Shown here: positions 35,329 to 48,659 of the stretch, piece after piece
Layout: each line of letters begins with the position of its first letter
Numbering within the stretch: the stretch's first letter is position 1
Assembly (NCBI GenBank): GCA_013265495.1
Contig: MU059614.1
Coordinates: 1,465,601-1,529,600 of the forward strand
Origin: Vicugna vicugna
Lineage: Eukaryota
Reading direction: 5' to 3'
DNA length: 64,000 bases
Notes under the pieces: model-generated
What the model was told of the DNA's origin: nothing
Databases searched by the model: none
What the model saw: the letters and a program-made list of their open reading frames with translations, nothing else
Made by a program: the position numbers and the translations under genes

Positions 35329-38300
35329 GCTGTCCTGTGGTCGGGCTCCCCAGGTGGCAGGTCACCTCTGGCTTCCTGTCCCCACCAGCCCCACCCCCCC
35401 ATCCCCAGCCCCGACTTGGTCCTGGTGTCTCCATGGAAACGCCACTGTGTTTGCTCCCAGGCCTCCCACCAGTGAGGGCCAGCTTTAGCTACCTTCTCTG
35501 TGGGCGATGGGACGGTGTCAGTGCAGCCACAGCCCCTCGCCCTCGCCCTCTGCCTCTCCCACCCACGAGCACCCTCTGCGTTTCCTACCAGGAAGAGCTG
35601 GCAGCAGGGGAGTCCCTTTGGGACTGTTCCTAAGCCCTTCCTCTGCCACCTGCCCAGAGAAAGGGGTCAGACCCCAGCCCCTTCCCTCACCCCTGGGCCT
35701 CTGCTTGGCTCAGCAGTTCCCCCCGGCTCCCCCACCCCAGAAGCTCCCCTGCACCACCCCACCTCTGTCCCAGAAAGGGTGAGTCTCCCTCCCTGGACTG
35801 CTGCTCCCTGGAGAGTGTCGCACTTTAGAAGGCTCTGGGGGGCGCCCTCGGTGGGGTCTCTCATTGAGCTGCTTGCCCAGGCCCACATCCAAGCCGGCTC
35901 AGGAGCCAAGCCTGGGACCAAGGGGTCCCCCCGGGCCCGCAAGCTCCTGGTGTGAGGAGAGTGGGAGGGCAGTGCATCACTCTGGCTGGCGGGCCCCTGG
36001 CTGGTCAGCTCTGCCTTGGTGACCACACTGCAGGCCCCGTGCGGTCGGCCAGTCCGTGGGGGGGCAGGCACCGGGAGGGCTGGCTCTGGCCTGCTTGGGA
36101 GCTTTGTGTTTGTGAATGTGCTTCAGCCTGGCCTGTGGCAGCCTCTGTGCCACCTCCCAGGCACAGCGGCAGGGGGTTTGCACCACGCGGAGATCCCAGT
36201 GACCTAGCAGCCTCTCTCAAAGAAGGCCCCTGCACTCTCCTGCATGTGGGCCTCAGCCTCCCCTGCAGGCTGTCCTGACAGCCTGACCGCCTCCGCCCCA
36301 CCCCCTCACATCCTGGGTCCTCACTGTGTCACCGTCTCCCTCTCTGGTAGGGGCAGGCAGTGGTCCAGGCCCCCCCCCCACCCTATGCTCTTGTCCGGCA
36401 GGGCAGTGGCTGCCTCAGCTGCTTTACTCCAGCCTGGGGGCCCCTGGCCCCGGGTCATCGTTCAGCACATGCCGCCCGAGCATAGGGGCAAAGTTTGGCC
36501 GACTCTGGCTGTTCCTGGCCTGTGGTGTGGTCAGCCTTGCTTACCTGGTGACCCAACCTGGCAGACAAGGCTAGGCCTGACACGCGGGCTCCAGGGAAGT
36601 ATTTAGGATGAGGCTGAAGGGCCGTGTGCGGCACCAACAGGGCAGTTGCAGTGGAGGGTGCAGCCCTGCCCACGCCAGAACCCACACCCAGCCTGGCACC
36701 TTGCAGACTCCTCCAGAGTCGCTCGGGGTCTGGCTGGGACCCTCACTCTCCAGTCCTCAGAGGACGCCCAGAAAGCTTCTTCTTGGCGCTCAGGTGACCT
36801 GACCCCAGCCCTGCCCCCGGCAGCACCTGCCAGGCCTGCACCATCCCCAGCCCTGCTCCCGGTCAGCCTGCACCTCCCTCCTCAGCGTTTCCCAAGGGCA
36901 GGGCCCTGAGGCCAGCTTGGATGCTAAGACGTCTGAAGTCGGCTGGCCTGACACCGGCTGCAGAGAAGGGGGCTGGGATGGCCCGTGTGCCCAGCCCTTT
37001 GGCACAGTCTGGAGGGCGTGCCTGTGCGAGCGGGTACCTTGCCAGCCTGTGGGGAGGCAGCTGGGCCTCAGGTGGTCTGTCCTGCAGAGCCGCGGCACCC
37101 CTGAGCTAGGCCTGGCGTCCACTGAGGGAGGAGCCGGCCTGCTGCCCCTGAAGGGCTAAGCCCCAACCTGGAGGCTGAGATGCCCTTGACAGGTGCTTCA
37201 GCCCTTCCTGTCCTGAGGCCGTAGACGCCCTGGGCCCTCGTGCTGGTACCCTTCCCTTCCGTCTGGGGTGCGTGGCCATGAGGCTGCCTGCCTCGGACCC
37301 CTGGCCAGAGCCTCTCGCCTGGGAGAAGGAGACCCTCAGAGCCACCAGCCTCCCCTCCAGTGTTAGGGATCACCGATACAGTGTGTTCTTAATTACACTA
37401 AATCATCGCTCGGATTCCTTATAAGCACTAATTATACCTGATTATAGGTTAAAATATTTATTTTGTCAAAATATTTTCTTGAGGATGTGTTTAACCTTTT
37501 CTGTGTTCTTTGTGTGCTGAGGTGTGAAAACTAACCATCTCCCGTCTGCCTTTCTGGCCGGTGGGCAGCAGCAGATGCACTGTGTGCAGTTCCCCCCGGG
37601 GCACCGGTGGGCCTTTGGCCAGCCTGCCCCAGAGCAGCCCCCGCCGGGGCCCCCAGGCACCAAGCAGGCCGAGCAGGCTGGGCCCAGCCAAGACCCGATT
37701 GACCTTGTCGGCGGGACAAGGGGCCACAGAGCTGAGCGGTGTGTTGCTGGCCCACGCTGGAGGGAAAGGGGACTGTCGTCCGTTGTCTGTCCTCCTGTCG
37801 GTCTGTCTGTCAGCCCCTCTGTGTGAGCGACCATGCTGTCTGCCCTGGACCGGGCCCTGGCTCACCACCCATCCCCTCCTCACCCAGAAGTGCAGAGCAG
37901 GGGGGCCTAGGGAGGCGTGGGGCCTGCGCTGTCACTCAGGGCCTCAGCGGGAGGGTGGGGATGAGGGCTGGGTGGCCGGGTACCCACACTCGGGCTCCTC
38001 CTCCTTCCTGCCACTGCACCCCCACTTGGCCTCTGCACGCTTCTAACTCAGTCAGGCACAACCTTCTGGATAGTTGGAGGGGGCTCAAGCCAGCAAGGGA
38101 GAGCTTCCAGGAACCCCGCGCCCTCCGCCAGCCTGTGAGTCTCTGCCCTGCCTGCTGTCAGGACTCTGGTCCTCTTGTGGGTCCCCTACGTGGGAAGAGC
38201 CAGCTTCACCACCCAGGCTGTGTGTGTGGGCCCAGAAGACGCCCCCGCAGTGCCCACCTCTCCTGGTGCCCAGCTCCCACCCTTCCTGTGCTTGGGGCGC

Positions 38301-38610
38301 CCAGGGACAGCTGTCAACCTGGAGTGTCACCACGTCTCTCCAGGCGATCCTGGAGAACGGGAGATGGATATTTATTTCCTCAAGTTTGCACTTAATTTGT
38401 GAGGGTTCTCAGGTTTGCTGTCTGGCTGCCCCCAGCCTAGCGCTCCGTCACTGTCCTGTGTCTCTTCGGGCGGGGCCGGTCTGGAGGGCGGGTCAGCGGC
38501 ACCAGAGCGGCCGCCCATCTGCTGCCTCTGCTGCCAGATAGTGTCTCTCTAGTTTGGGACCCTGCATGTGAAATACTCCACAATAAACAAACAAACAGAC
38601 CGTTCCTGTG
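35329..38610 (+). other. TOM1L2: TOM1L2 3'UTR (~3.3 kb) ending near AATAAA at 38582-38587
   Basis: Follows the stop codon; AATAAA followed by GT-rich cctgtgtgatctctgttgcgtg downstream; cleavage site inferred. Confidence 0.65.
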
Positions 38611-38979
38611 TGATCTCTGTTGCGTGGGCTGTGACTGTCCACAGGGCATGCCAGTTCTCTAAGCAGAGGCTGAGAGGGCCCTGCTGGACGGAGCAGCCGG
38701 GCAGCTCACTCCCTCCCCCACACCCAGGCGCTGAGCCGCCCCTGTCCTAGGAGCCCCCCACCCCCTGCCTGTCGCCATTTGGCCGTCCTGCATCCTCCGG
38801 CCTAAGGCCAGCAGGGCTGGGAGAGTACTCCGGGCAGGACAGCCATGGGGGAGGGGCCTCAAGGTCCCTGGTGGGCCCTCGCCAAGATGCATTTCTCTCA
38901 TACATGAACAGCCACTTCTAAAAAGGCACAGTTAGTGGAGAAAGAAGTTTGGGAAATGCTGGAGTAGTTAGACAGTGTC

Positions 38980-39300
38980 AGGACTTCTTTGTTCAAGATA
39001 AGGGTAGTCTGTGGCCCAGACCTCTCAGTTAGAGAGGGCATGCCTATTGGAACTTCCTTGGTTGTGGCAGAAAGATGTTTGGTTTAATCAGAAAGAGGCA
39101 TTTATTGGGTTATGTAGCCAAGGAAGTTCAGGTATTGCAGGTTCCGGCACCGCTGGCTCCAGGCGCCTGGGATTTGGTTAGGAATCTGCCTCTCTTCCTC
39201 TGGGTTGCCTCTTCCACCAGCCCCAGGCTGACATCCTACGAGCACAGAGAGCTGCTGCTTTCCCAGTGGTTCCACCAGAAGTCCCAGAACATGCCCTGGG
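38980..39300. mobile_element. Ancient LTR fragment (LTR33/MLT1-like)
   Basis: tcaggacttctttgttcaag...ggtttaatcagaaagaggcatttattgggttatgtagcc...ggcaccgctggctccagg resembles old ERVL/MaLR LTRs from memory. Confidence 0.4.
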
Positions 39301-40539
39301 AAACCAGACTGTGAGCAGAAGGAAGCTGAGCCAGGGAGGCACACACAGTAGCTGGTCACTGCAGTGTGGATGGGCACGCCTGGGGCACAGGCTTGGACAG
39401 AGACAAGCTTCAGGACCCCTCTTCCAGTGCTCCCTCCCCAGCCCTGGGCCGCCTCCCTCCGGGAGCGCCCAGTGGGGCTGTTTTCCGGGGGGGGGGGCAG
39501 AGTGTTAGCACCGTGGGCCCTCTCATGGCTCACGGCCCCCTGCCTGCCAGTTCCCTGCTGACACACCAGAGGAAAAGCCTCTGCAACCTGCCTCTTTTCC
39601 AAGGAGAGGGTCTCTTTGGGGTCCTCGGGCCGGGGTGGGCAGACCAGAGGCCTTAACCAGGCATGACTCACCCAGAAGTGCCATTTGCTGCAGAGGAACC
39701 CCTTCCAGCTCTTGCACAGTGGCCTTCAGAGGGTCTGAATGGGCTCCAGGCCCAGGCCCAGGCCCTCAGCACTTAGAAATCCAACTCTGTGGGACACACC
39801 GTTCCCTCCCCACCCCTCCCCTGCCTGGGACTGCAGGCCTGGGGCAGGTCCCTGAGCTCCAGTTGTGTGAAATGGGGTCATGGGGAGTTAGCCCGCTGCC
39901 TCCAGGGGCCTGCCTGGGTGGAACCCAGGAACGGAAGGGACTGGGAAGCTCACAGGCTCCTGCTGTTGCCTGCTGTCACTCACTGCTGCTCAAAAGTCCC
40001 ATGTTTCAAGAAAAGCCAGAAATCCAGCCTACAGGTAAAAATCTACATTTGATAATGAACTCAGAATCATAACCCGTGTAGACCTGGCTCTGGCCCGCAG
40101 GTGTCAGATGAAGCCCCACTCTCATTGTGCAACAGACCTTCTGTGGAGGGTCTACTGAGTGACTTGATCGGAACAGCTGACCAGAGAGGCTCAGAGAGGG
40201 CTAGAAACGGCTTGTCCAGCACACAGCAGAGGTCAAACGGGAATGAGAATACCGGGTCACCCAGGACCAGAACCATCCACATCAGCAGCCATCTGGTTCC
40301 ATGATGCCCAGACAGAAGTCGGGGGAACCCACTGCTCTCTCCCAGCTCTGTGCTGCCTGGCCTCCTCAGCCACGAGCTATGGCAGAATGAAGGACAAATG
40401 GCCAGGCGGGTGGCAGGGGGGCTCCGGGAGTGGGAGGGGGCTGAGCAGCTTGCTAGGCAATGCCCAGTGCCGGCAGCCCTGGCGACTCCCGTGCCTGGCC
40501 CGCCACCCACCCCTGAGCTCAGGCATTGAGAACATGACC

Positions 40540-41200
40540 GCGCTGGACACCTGCCTGAAACGCCTCTGAACCCACAGAAGATGCCTCTGCGCCCTTTGGA
40601 CGCCCAGGGCGGGAAGAGGCAGATGCGAGCCGGGCCCCCCAGCCGGAACAGGAGACTAGGCCCGCCGGGAACCTGGCGGAACGCGGGATCGGGCCGGGCC
40701 TCCGGGCGGGGCGCCCGGGTCAGTCCCGCGGCGCACGTGACCCGGCCGCTGGGAGCTGGGCGCTGACGCTGCGTCACCCCACTCGGGGCAGCGCGCCCAT
40801 TGGCTGCGTCGCGGGCCGGGGCGGGACTCGTCCGCACCACGCCCCCAACCCGGCGCGCCCGCCGCTCTACCGCGCCCACGTCCTCGCGGCCTCGCTCTCC
40901 TCACCTGTGAAATGGGGCTGCCGTCCTCCTGGGGAGTAAGAGGTTAACGCGGCACGCGCCCGGCCCTGGCGGGACCCTTGAGGGGCTCCTTGAGGGGAGG
41001 GGCCACCAAGAGAAGCAGCTTCCCGGGGGAACAGAACCGAAGAATCGAACAGCAGCCCCCAGCCTGCTTCCCCCACCCTCACCTGGACGAATACCCTTCT
41101 GGTCTCAGGCTACGCAGAGAAGTGTGTCTTTGGCGGCCAAGACCCCCTCCCCGCTCCCAAGACTGTGCCCGACGCGGGGGTGGCCGGGGTGGGGGCTTCA
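40540..41200. promoter_or_regulatory. CpG island ~2 kb upstream of SREBF1 exon 1a with E-box, SRE, inverted CCAAT and GC box
   Basis: CACGTG 40734-40739; GTCACCCCAC 40773-40782; ATTGG 40799-40803; GGGGCGGG 40818-40825; dense CpG. Confidence 0.7.
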
Positions 41201-42569
41201 GCCAGGCTTCACTAGACCTGGCTGGCTTCTAGTCTGGGCTGCAGGTCTCCGTTGTCCTGGCTTCACCACCCACCCCACGCAGTTATGCGTTCATATTGAC
41301 TGAGCCTGCTCTTGACATATGCGGTAAACTCCGCTAAAGGACAATGAGGCAAGTCTATTGTGACCATGACTCCAACACACACACTGCTGCCTCTGCAGAA
41401 TAATGGCAGGAAGGAGTGTTCTCATTTTACAGAGACTCAGAAAGGTGAAGTAAGTGGTTGTAGGTCACACAGCAAGCAGGTGAAAACCTGGACTGGCCTC
41501 CTGACTCTGAAGAAAGTGATCTTCAGGCTTTCTCTCCCCAGGAAGGATGTTGGAATTTTCAGGGAGGTCACCAGATTCCCAAGGCCTCCTGGGTGCTTGG
41601 CTCCTACATGGGGTGGTGGGGCCTGGTTGGGAGGTTGAGGAGAAGTGGGATCCCTCTGTTCCCCAGCAAAAGTTTATCTGAAGGGCCAGGCCCTGGGGGA
41701 CCCCTAAGCAGGGCCATTTAAGGGGGCAGATGTGGTTTGGAGACTCCCATCCCCACCCTGGGTCCTGGCCACCCCTGTTCTGGGTAATTTTCCACAGCAG
41801 CCACTTCCAGGAGGGGAACAAAGAGCCCTGCGTGTCCAGGCTGAGCCCCAGGGACTTGGGCCTCCAAGGCATCTCTTGGCCTGGACATCCCCCTTCCAAA
41901 GTGCACCACTAATTTTACTCCCTCAGAGGGCGTGGCCACACAGGCTATATCTGGAGTCTGAGCAAGGCAGTGCTGAGGATGGCTGGACTAACTGAGGGGT
42001 GAGGGGGCAGGCTAGGCGGGTCTGGGGATCCAGACCTGTCCCCTTGGCTGCCCTCCACCGAGGGTGCCTCTCTCTGCTTGCATACCGACAGGGACAGGGA
42101 GCTCACTGCCTTACCACTTTCAGTCCCTGAATGTTGCTGGACAGGCTGGACTTCTCCCCAGCCTGGCTGCGTCCTCTGACCTTGCCCCAGCCTGACATGA
42201 TCCAAGGCTAGGTGGCCCAGATCTGAAGCACAGTCTGCCTTTTCCTCATCCCAGCTGCTCCTAGGGACCGGCACCATGATGGGAGGCAGACAGCCCTGGG
42301 GTCGGCCCTGTTGTTGCCCCTGAGTGGCAGGTTGGCTCTGTGAGTCCGCCTGTGCTCCTGGGTATGGAGGTTGGCCCACCCTCAGCAACTGGACTAGGCC
42401 CCCAAGCCCCTCTGTGATCCAGACTCAGCTGTGGAAACCAGGAAACCAGATTAAGTCAGCCTCCTCCAGGCTCCGCCTGGACTATCCCCTCCGAGGAGGC
42501 CCATCTCACAGGCCCAGCCCGGCGGTGATCAGTAATGTCCCAGCCAGCCTAGGCAGAGGCATCAAGCCC

Positions 42570-43454
<885 letters not shown>

Positions 43455-43512
43455 TAAGTCCTCAGCCTGGCGGCGGCTGCGGCGAGAGCTTGGGACCCGG
43501 GCGCCGCCGAGG

Positions 43513-43560
43513 CCCCGCCCCTGCTCCAGCCGTGACGTCAGCCGAGGTTACTCACGGTCA
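43513..43560 (+). promoter_or_regulatory. GC box + palindromic CRE + DR4 (LXRE-like) in SREBF1 intron 1
   Basis: CCCCGCCC 43513-43520; TGACGTCA 43533-43540; AGGTTA-ctca-CGGTCA 43545-43560. Confidence 0.6.
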
Positions 43561-44564
43561 TTCCCTCCGACTGGAGAGTTCAGCTCCGCGCAGGAGCTCT
43601 TGCGCACGCGCGCGGGCGTTCTCCAGTCCCTGCCCGCCAGGGTCCGCTTTTCGTAGCCCGCGCCGGGTATCGTTTTGGCACACATTTATTGACCATCTAC
43701 TGAATACCAGGCCCCGTCCTAGGCACCGGGGGTTTTTCACCGACAGACCTGGGCTCCCCATTTCTTGGAAGCATAAAAATCCCTAGGAAACCCCACGGAT
43801 ATTTCGTTACATCTTGTGTCGGCGCGGGGGCGGGGGGGACAACTTCGGGTAGAGCGGTGGGGTGAGACCTGAGAGTCAGCCCCAGGACCTGCTGGGAAGG
43901 CTGTCTCCCCGCAGAGGGCCTGGCAGAGTTGGAGATGCGCAGGAGGTGAGGCTGCGCAGGTGGGCTAAAGCGGACCCCTTGTTGGCCAAGGGAACGGAGG
44001 GAGCAGCCGCCCGGCCGGCATACATCGTGGAAGCACCACTCCGGTTGTTCTATAGAGAAGGGATTTGGGGGCGACTGTGCAACAGGGACCTGTTAGGAGG
44101 CTGTTACTCCACTTGCTGATGGGGAATCCAAGCCCCCAGCAACTTGCCTCCATGGTTGCTATCCAGTTTCAGCAACGCTGGCTCAGTTACACTGGGTTGG
44201 TGGGGAAACAGGCCAAGAGCAGGGGAGTCAAACCTCCCACAACCTGGATAGGGGTGGACTTGTCCATGGAGCCTGTGGCCACCCTTGGGTTAGCAAAATA
44301 GACCCATCTAAGCCACCCACTCCTGCTCTACTGTAGCCTTGCAGATTAACCCAGCTGGCAGGGCCAAGAGTCTCCAGGTCCCAGGAGGAATGAGGGTTGA
44401 GAGGAGGGTGAGGCAGGCCTGGAGTGCCAGGATGGGGAGCTGGACTGGATCCTGGAGGCAGTGGGGATCCTAGGGGGTGGGTGGGGCAGGACAGTGCCAT
44501 ACTTGAATTACATGCCAGAAGGTCCTTCTGGCTGTTGGGGTGGAGGGTCCCAGCATGAGTAGGG

Positions 44565-44780
44565 AACACTAATTGAGCACTTACTGTATGCCAGGCATTG
44601 TGCTGACCATTGAGTCCGCCCAACAACCCCAAGTATGTAGACATAAGATTTTCATCTTACAGACGAGGGTCTTGAGGCACAGAGAGGTTAAATGACTTGC
44701 CCCAGGTCACACAGCCAGAACATGGCAGAGCCAGAATTCAAACCCAGGCTGTGGACTCCAGAGCCCACAGCTCTTAACTG
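44565..44780 (-). mobile_element. MIR SINE, near full length
   Basis: attgagcacttactgtatgccaggc...tgaggcacagagaggttaaatgacttgccccaggtcacacagc...attcaaacccaggc. Confidence 0.8.
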
Positions 44781-46719
44781 GGCTCTTAAAACTGTATGTG
44801 TATATGTAGGGGTGGGGAGGAGGGGTGTACAATAGAACAGAGAACCTAGCAGGGTGCCCGCATGTGGGAGTATGCTGGGGGCCTGGGAGCGTGGCATAGA
44901 CGGGTTGAGGTCATGTAGCTGCCTCCCCATCCCAGCGCCTTTGAGTCATGAGACTTAGGGCTGGCACCTGGGAGCCAGCCAAGGGCCTTGAGCCCCACTA
45001 GGCCCATGTGTCTTTCTCAGCCACACCCTCTGTCAGGTGACCAGATCTCCAGGCGGAGCTTTCACCGGGAATCCTGGGTTCGGTGGCTGAAGGCCCTAGC
45101 CTGGCCGCAGTGCACTGTGACCTCTGGTGAGCTCCGTCTCCTCTCGGCCGCCTTTCTTGCTCTTGCTTTGAGGTCCCTCGTGGCTGTGGGTGGAGGATAT
45201 GTGGGAGTGGCCCTGCACAAGTGTCTGGGTTTATTGTTAATTCTGTGGCAGCCTTCACCTCCCTGCTGGTTAGCTCATCAGATCTGGCACATGCTTCTTG
45301 GTGTGGAAGAGGCAAGTGGCAGTGGCAGGCTGGTCACAGTGGCCACATCCCCCATGGGGCAGGCCTGGCTGAGGGGTGGCTCTGGGCTCTGGTGGCAGCA
45401 CCGCTGGCATCTCCTCTGCCTGGGCTCCTGGTGTTCACACTGTCTTCACACCCCAGGTGTCTGCCGAGCTAGGCAGCTGCCCATGTCCCTGGTGCTGGCA
45501 TCAACCACAGACCTTGCCTCCTAGGGTCCAGGCCACCCTGGTGGAGAGGAACATTCTGCCACACGTCTCCCCATGGTTTCTCGTGCCCATATCTCTCCCT
45601 GGTCCCACAAAACACCGGTCGTCTTTAGAAGACACAGCTTGACTCCTTACTGCCCAGCTCCCGGCTCCAGCACGTGGCTCCTCAGGCCCCTGACCACCAT
45701 GGTTCCCCAGTGCCCCCAAGATAAAGCCCCCTCATCTCAGCAAGCCTGCCTCCTGTGAGGGTCCCCCTGCAGGTCCCACGGCACAGGCCTTCCCCGCCCG
45801 AACGCACTCTGCCCTGGTGTCGGGCCCCCTCCTGAAAGCCCTCAGGTGGAATCTGAGTGAGGCCTCTTCCAGCGGACATGTCCCGCTTTCCACTCCTTTT
45901 CCTGCCTTTTGGTACTGGCCTGCCTGACCCAGGGCAGCCAAAAGCAGAGGGCCTTCCCTGCAATGCCCTCTCTGATCGGCAGCAGGCCACCCCGGACGCG
46001 GAGACTTGGAGATGGAGGCTGTAAGACTGGCTGCCTTTTGGCCCTCACACCTCTTGGGGGACGGGGAGGAGCGGGCTGGGAGTGGTCTGGGGAGGCAGGT
46101 GGCTGGGAGTGACCTCCTGCCCGATGGTCACCTCACTGGACACAAACATCCTGAGGGACCTCGTCAACCCCAGGCAGGGGTCACTGCCGGGCAGAGGCCT
46201 GGGATCTGGACTTTGCCCCCTGAGAAGTCCGACCCGGTGGGAACTGCTGTGCCAGCCAGAGGAAGTGTCTCGGTCTGTGTCTCTTGCCAGCCACAGGCCT
46301 GTGGATGTGCCCTCTGACCCCGGGATCTGACTGGGCTGTGAGACCCATGTCTCATGTGGCCCCACAGGGGGATTGTGTCAGGGGAGGGGAGCGCCTTCAA
46401 AATGGGCTTGGGGCTCCTAGGGAGGGGGCTCTTTGAGGCTGGCTCCAGGTGTGTTGCTCCCTTGCTGGGTTCAGGACATGGTGGGAGATGGGACAGGCCT
46501 GGGGGTCTATCCCCTTCCCCGCCCGGGAGAGTGTGTGGCCTGGAGAGGCCCATTCTGACCTGGAACCCTGTTCAGGCCCCCCCCCCCAGCTAACTCCTAG
46601 GTTTCTCCTAGCAAGCCTGTCCCTCCCAGTCACACCCCAGGCCTGCCCTCCTGGGGCTCTGGGGTCCCCATCCCCCCTGCAGCTGGAAGGCTGGAGCCCA
46701 GGGGCCTTCCAGGTCTGCC

Positions 46720-46875
46720 CCTGCTGTGTGACCGTGGACGAGTGGCTTAACCTCTCTGACCCTCAGGTTCTCATCGTGTCCCTGGTGTAATAGTAGAACT
46801 GGCTTCCTGGAATTGTGGGCATCAGATGAGCTCATTTAGGTCAGGACACACAGTAGGCCCTCAGTCAGTGCAGTT
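46720..46875 (+). mobile_element. MIR fragment
   Basis: ctgtgtgaccgtggacgagtggcttaacctctctgaccctcaggttctcatc. Confidence 0.65.
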
Positions 46876-47699
46876 AGGACCATCATCACCTAACCAGGAC
46901 CTGCTACCCAACACGTTTAGCTAAACGGATGTTGACAGTGTTGGAAGAGCCTGTGTTGGGAAGTTTCTGGGATGTTCTGGGCTACAGTTCCAAGTTCTGA
47001 GCATCCACCATTTGGTGATTCTCTGCATGGGAGACAAGGTGGGGCTGGGTAAAGCCAGTGGGGGCCCCGGTGCCCGGCAGGGACTGCTGTTCAGGCAGAG
47101 AACCTCCTGGAGAAGGTGTTTCTAGTTGGGGAAGCAGGGTCAGAGCAGAGCAGGTGTTCCTCAGTCTCTGGCCATAGCTGATGGTTTGCTGCACAAAACC
47201 CCTCCAGGCAGCCTTGGGAATGCAAATTGCAGCACCTTTCAAGTTCCAGTCACACAGTGGTGGGAACTAAGGAAAGCGACCAAAGGTAAATAAAAATAAT
47301 AAAACGCAGTGCTGGTGCTGCTCTCAGGAAAGGAGACACGCTGCAGGAAAGGTTGTAAAGGGGCTTATTTTTCCAGAGAGCAGCCCGGCAGCTCTAAAAC
47401 AGCGTGCTGCCTTTGAATCAACACACACACTTCAGGTTTAAAACAGCTGCGGAGGAGCAATCCAAAAGGGGAAAAGAGGTATTTGTGTAAAGAAATGCAC
47501 AGCACTGTTTAGACCAGGAATGGGGCTCGGCAGGAGGGGACTCCCCCATGTTGCCACTGCTTCAAGCCCGTAGGTTGTTTTTCAGACGCCAGAAGGAGCA
47601 TGTGCCCCGAGCCCACGTGGGGGAACACGGTGTTGGAAGTGGTGCTGGCCAGCATTTTGTTGAATGGCCATGTTCAGGGTCACTTGGCCTGTGTGAGGG

Positions 47700-47850
47700 G
47701 GAACTGGAGTGTGGACTAGTAAAGATGAGAGGAGCATCTGAGAAGACACTGGAGCAAGTTTTAAGAGAGGAATAGGAATTTGCAGGTCGACAAAAGAGAC
47801 TGGGAAGGGACTTCCTGGCAGAGGGAACCTCCTAGGCGAACAGGGCAGTG
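47700..47850 (-). mobile_element. L2 fragment
   Basis: gaagacactggagcaagttttaagagaggaataggaattt...ttcctggcagagggaac, a typical antisense L2 phrase. Confidence 0.5.
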
Positions 47851-48659
47851 TGGCGGCGACATTCAGCAGTGAGCAGTGCTCTGAAAGTGGACTCAGATGG
47901 CGGAGACCAGCAGGGGTGGGGCTGGCAGCCTATACACCCCTCCATCTGGTCCCTTCTGTGCTCGGCCCTGTGGTCACAGAGCTGGCCCCGGCCTTGGCCC
48001 TGCCCTGACAGTCCCCTGACAGTGATGATTAGGAAGGCCTCCGAGGGGAGACTTCTGCTGGCTGAGCCTTCGAGCCGGGGCCGAGGTGCATGGGCTCGGG
48101 CGTTGGCAGGCCTGGGTTTGTGACCCAGATTCTCCACTTGGCAGCTGTGGGGCCCTCTGCACCTTAGTGTCCTTGTCCATGTAGAGGGCTCACGCCCAGG
48201 TACACCTGGGGCCCCGGTCATGGGCCATCCCATTCCAGGAAGAGCCAGCATGTGCGCGCACCCCGGGCAGCCCTGCACACACAGAGGGCAGCCTGTGCCC
48301 CTGTTGCTCACAGCACCGGCTGAGGACATGTGGACCTGCAACCTGGGTCCTCGGGAGGCTTGAGGGTGTGCCAGTGGGAGCAGCAGGGATGGGTGGCAGG
48401 CTGGGTGCAGCCCGGCTCCCCCTCGCTGTCCTGTGCCCTCCACCAGGGGACAGAGGCGGAGCTGTGCTGCCGTGCTGCCGCTTCGCACCGCTGGGCGGTT
48501 TTCACAGCTGTGCAAATTTTGTAACCTGCTTGCATGGGACACTTTGCAAATCCCTTTCCTGCCCATTTCGTGAGAATTGGTGTCCTTGGCTCAGGAGACA
48601 GACAAACGTGGGTTGGAATTCCAGCTCTTGGCTGCCTCCCTGACCCCCACCCGCTTGGT

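Noticed and set aside
45222-45242. HNF1-like site gtttattgttaat in SREBF1 intron 1
   Set aside because: Three mismatches to the palindromic consensus; cannot be told from chance without conservation data
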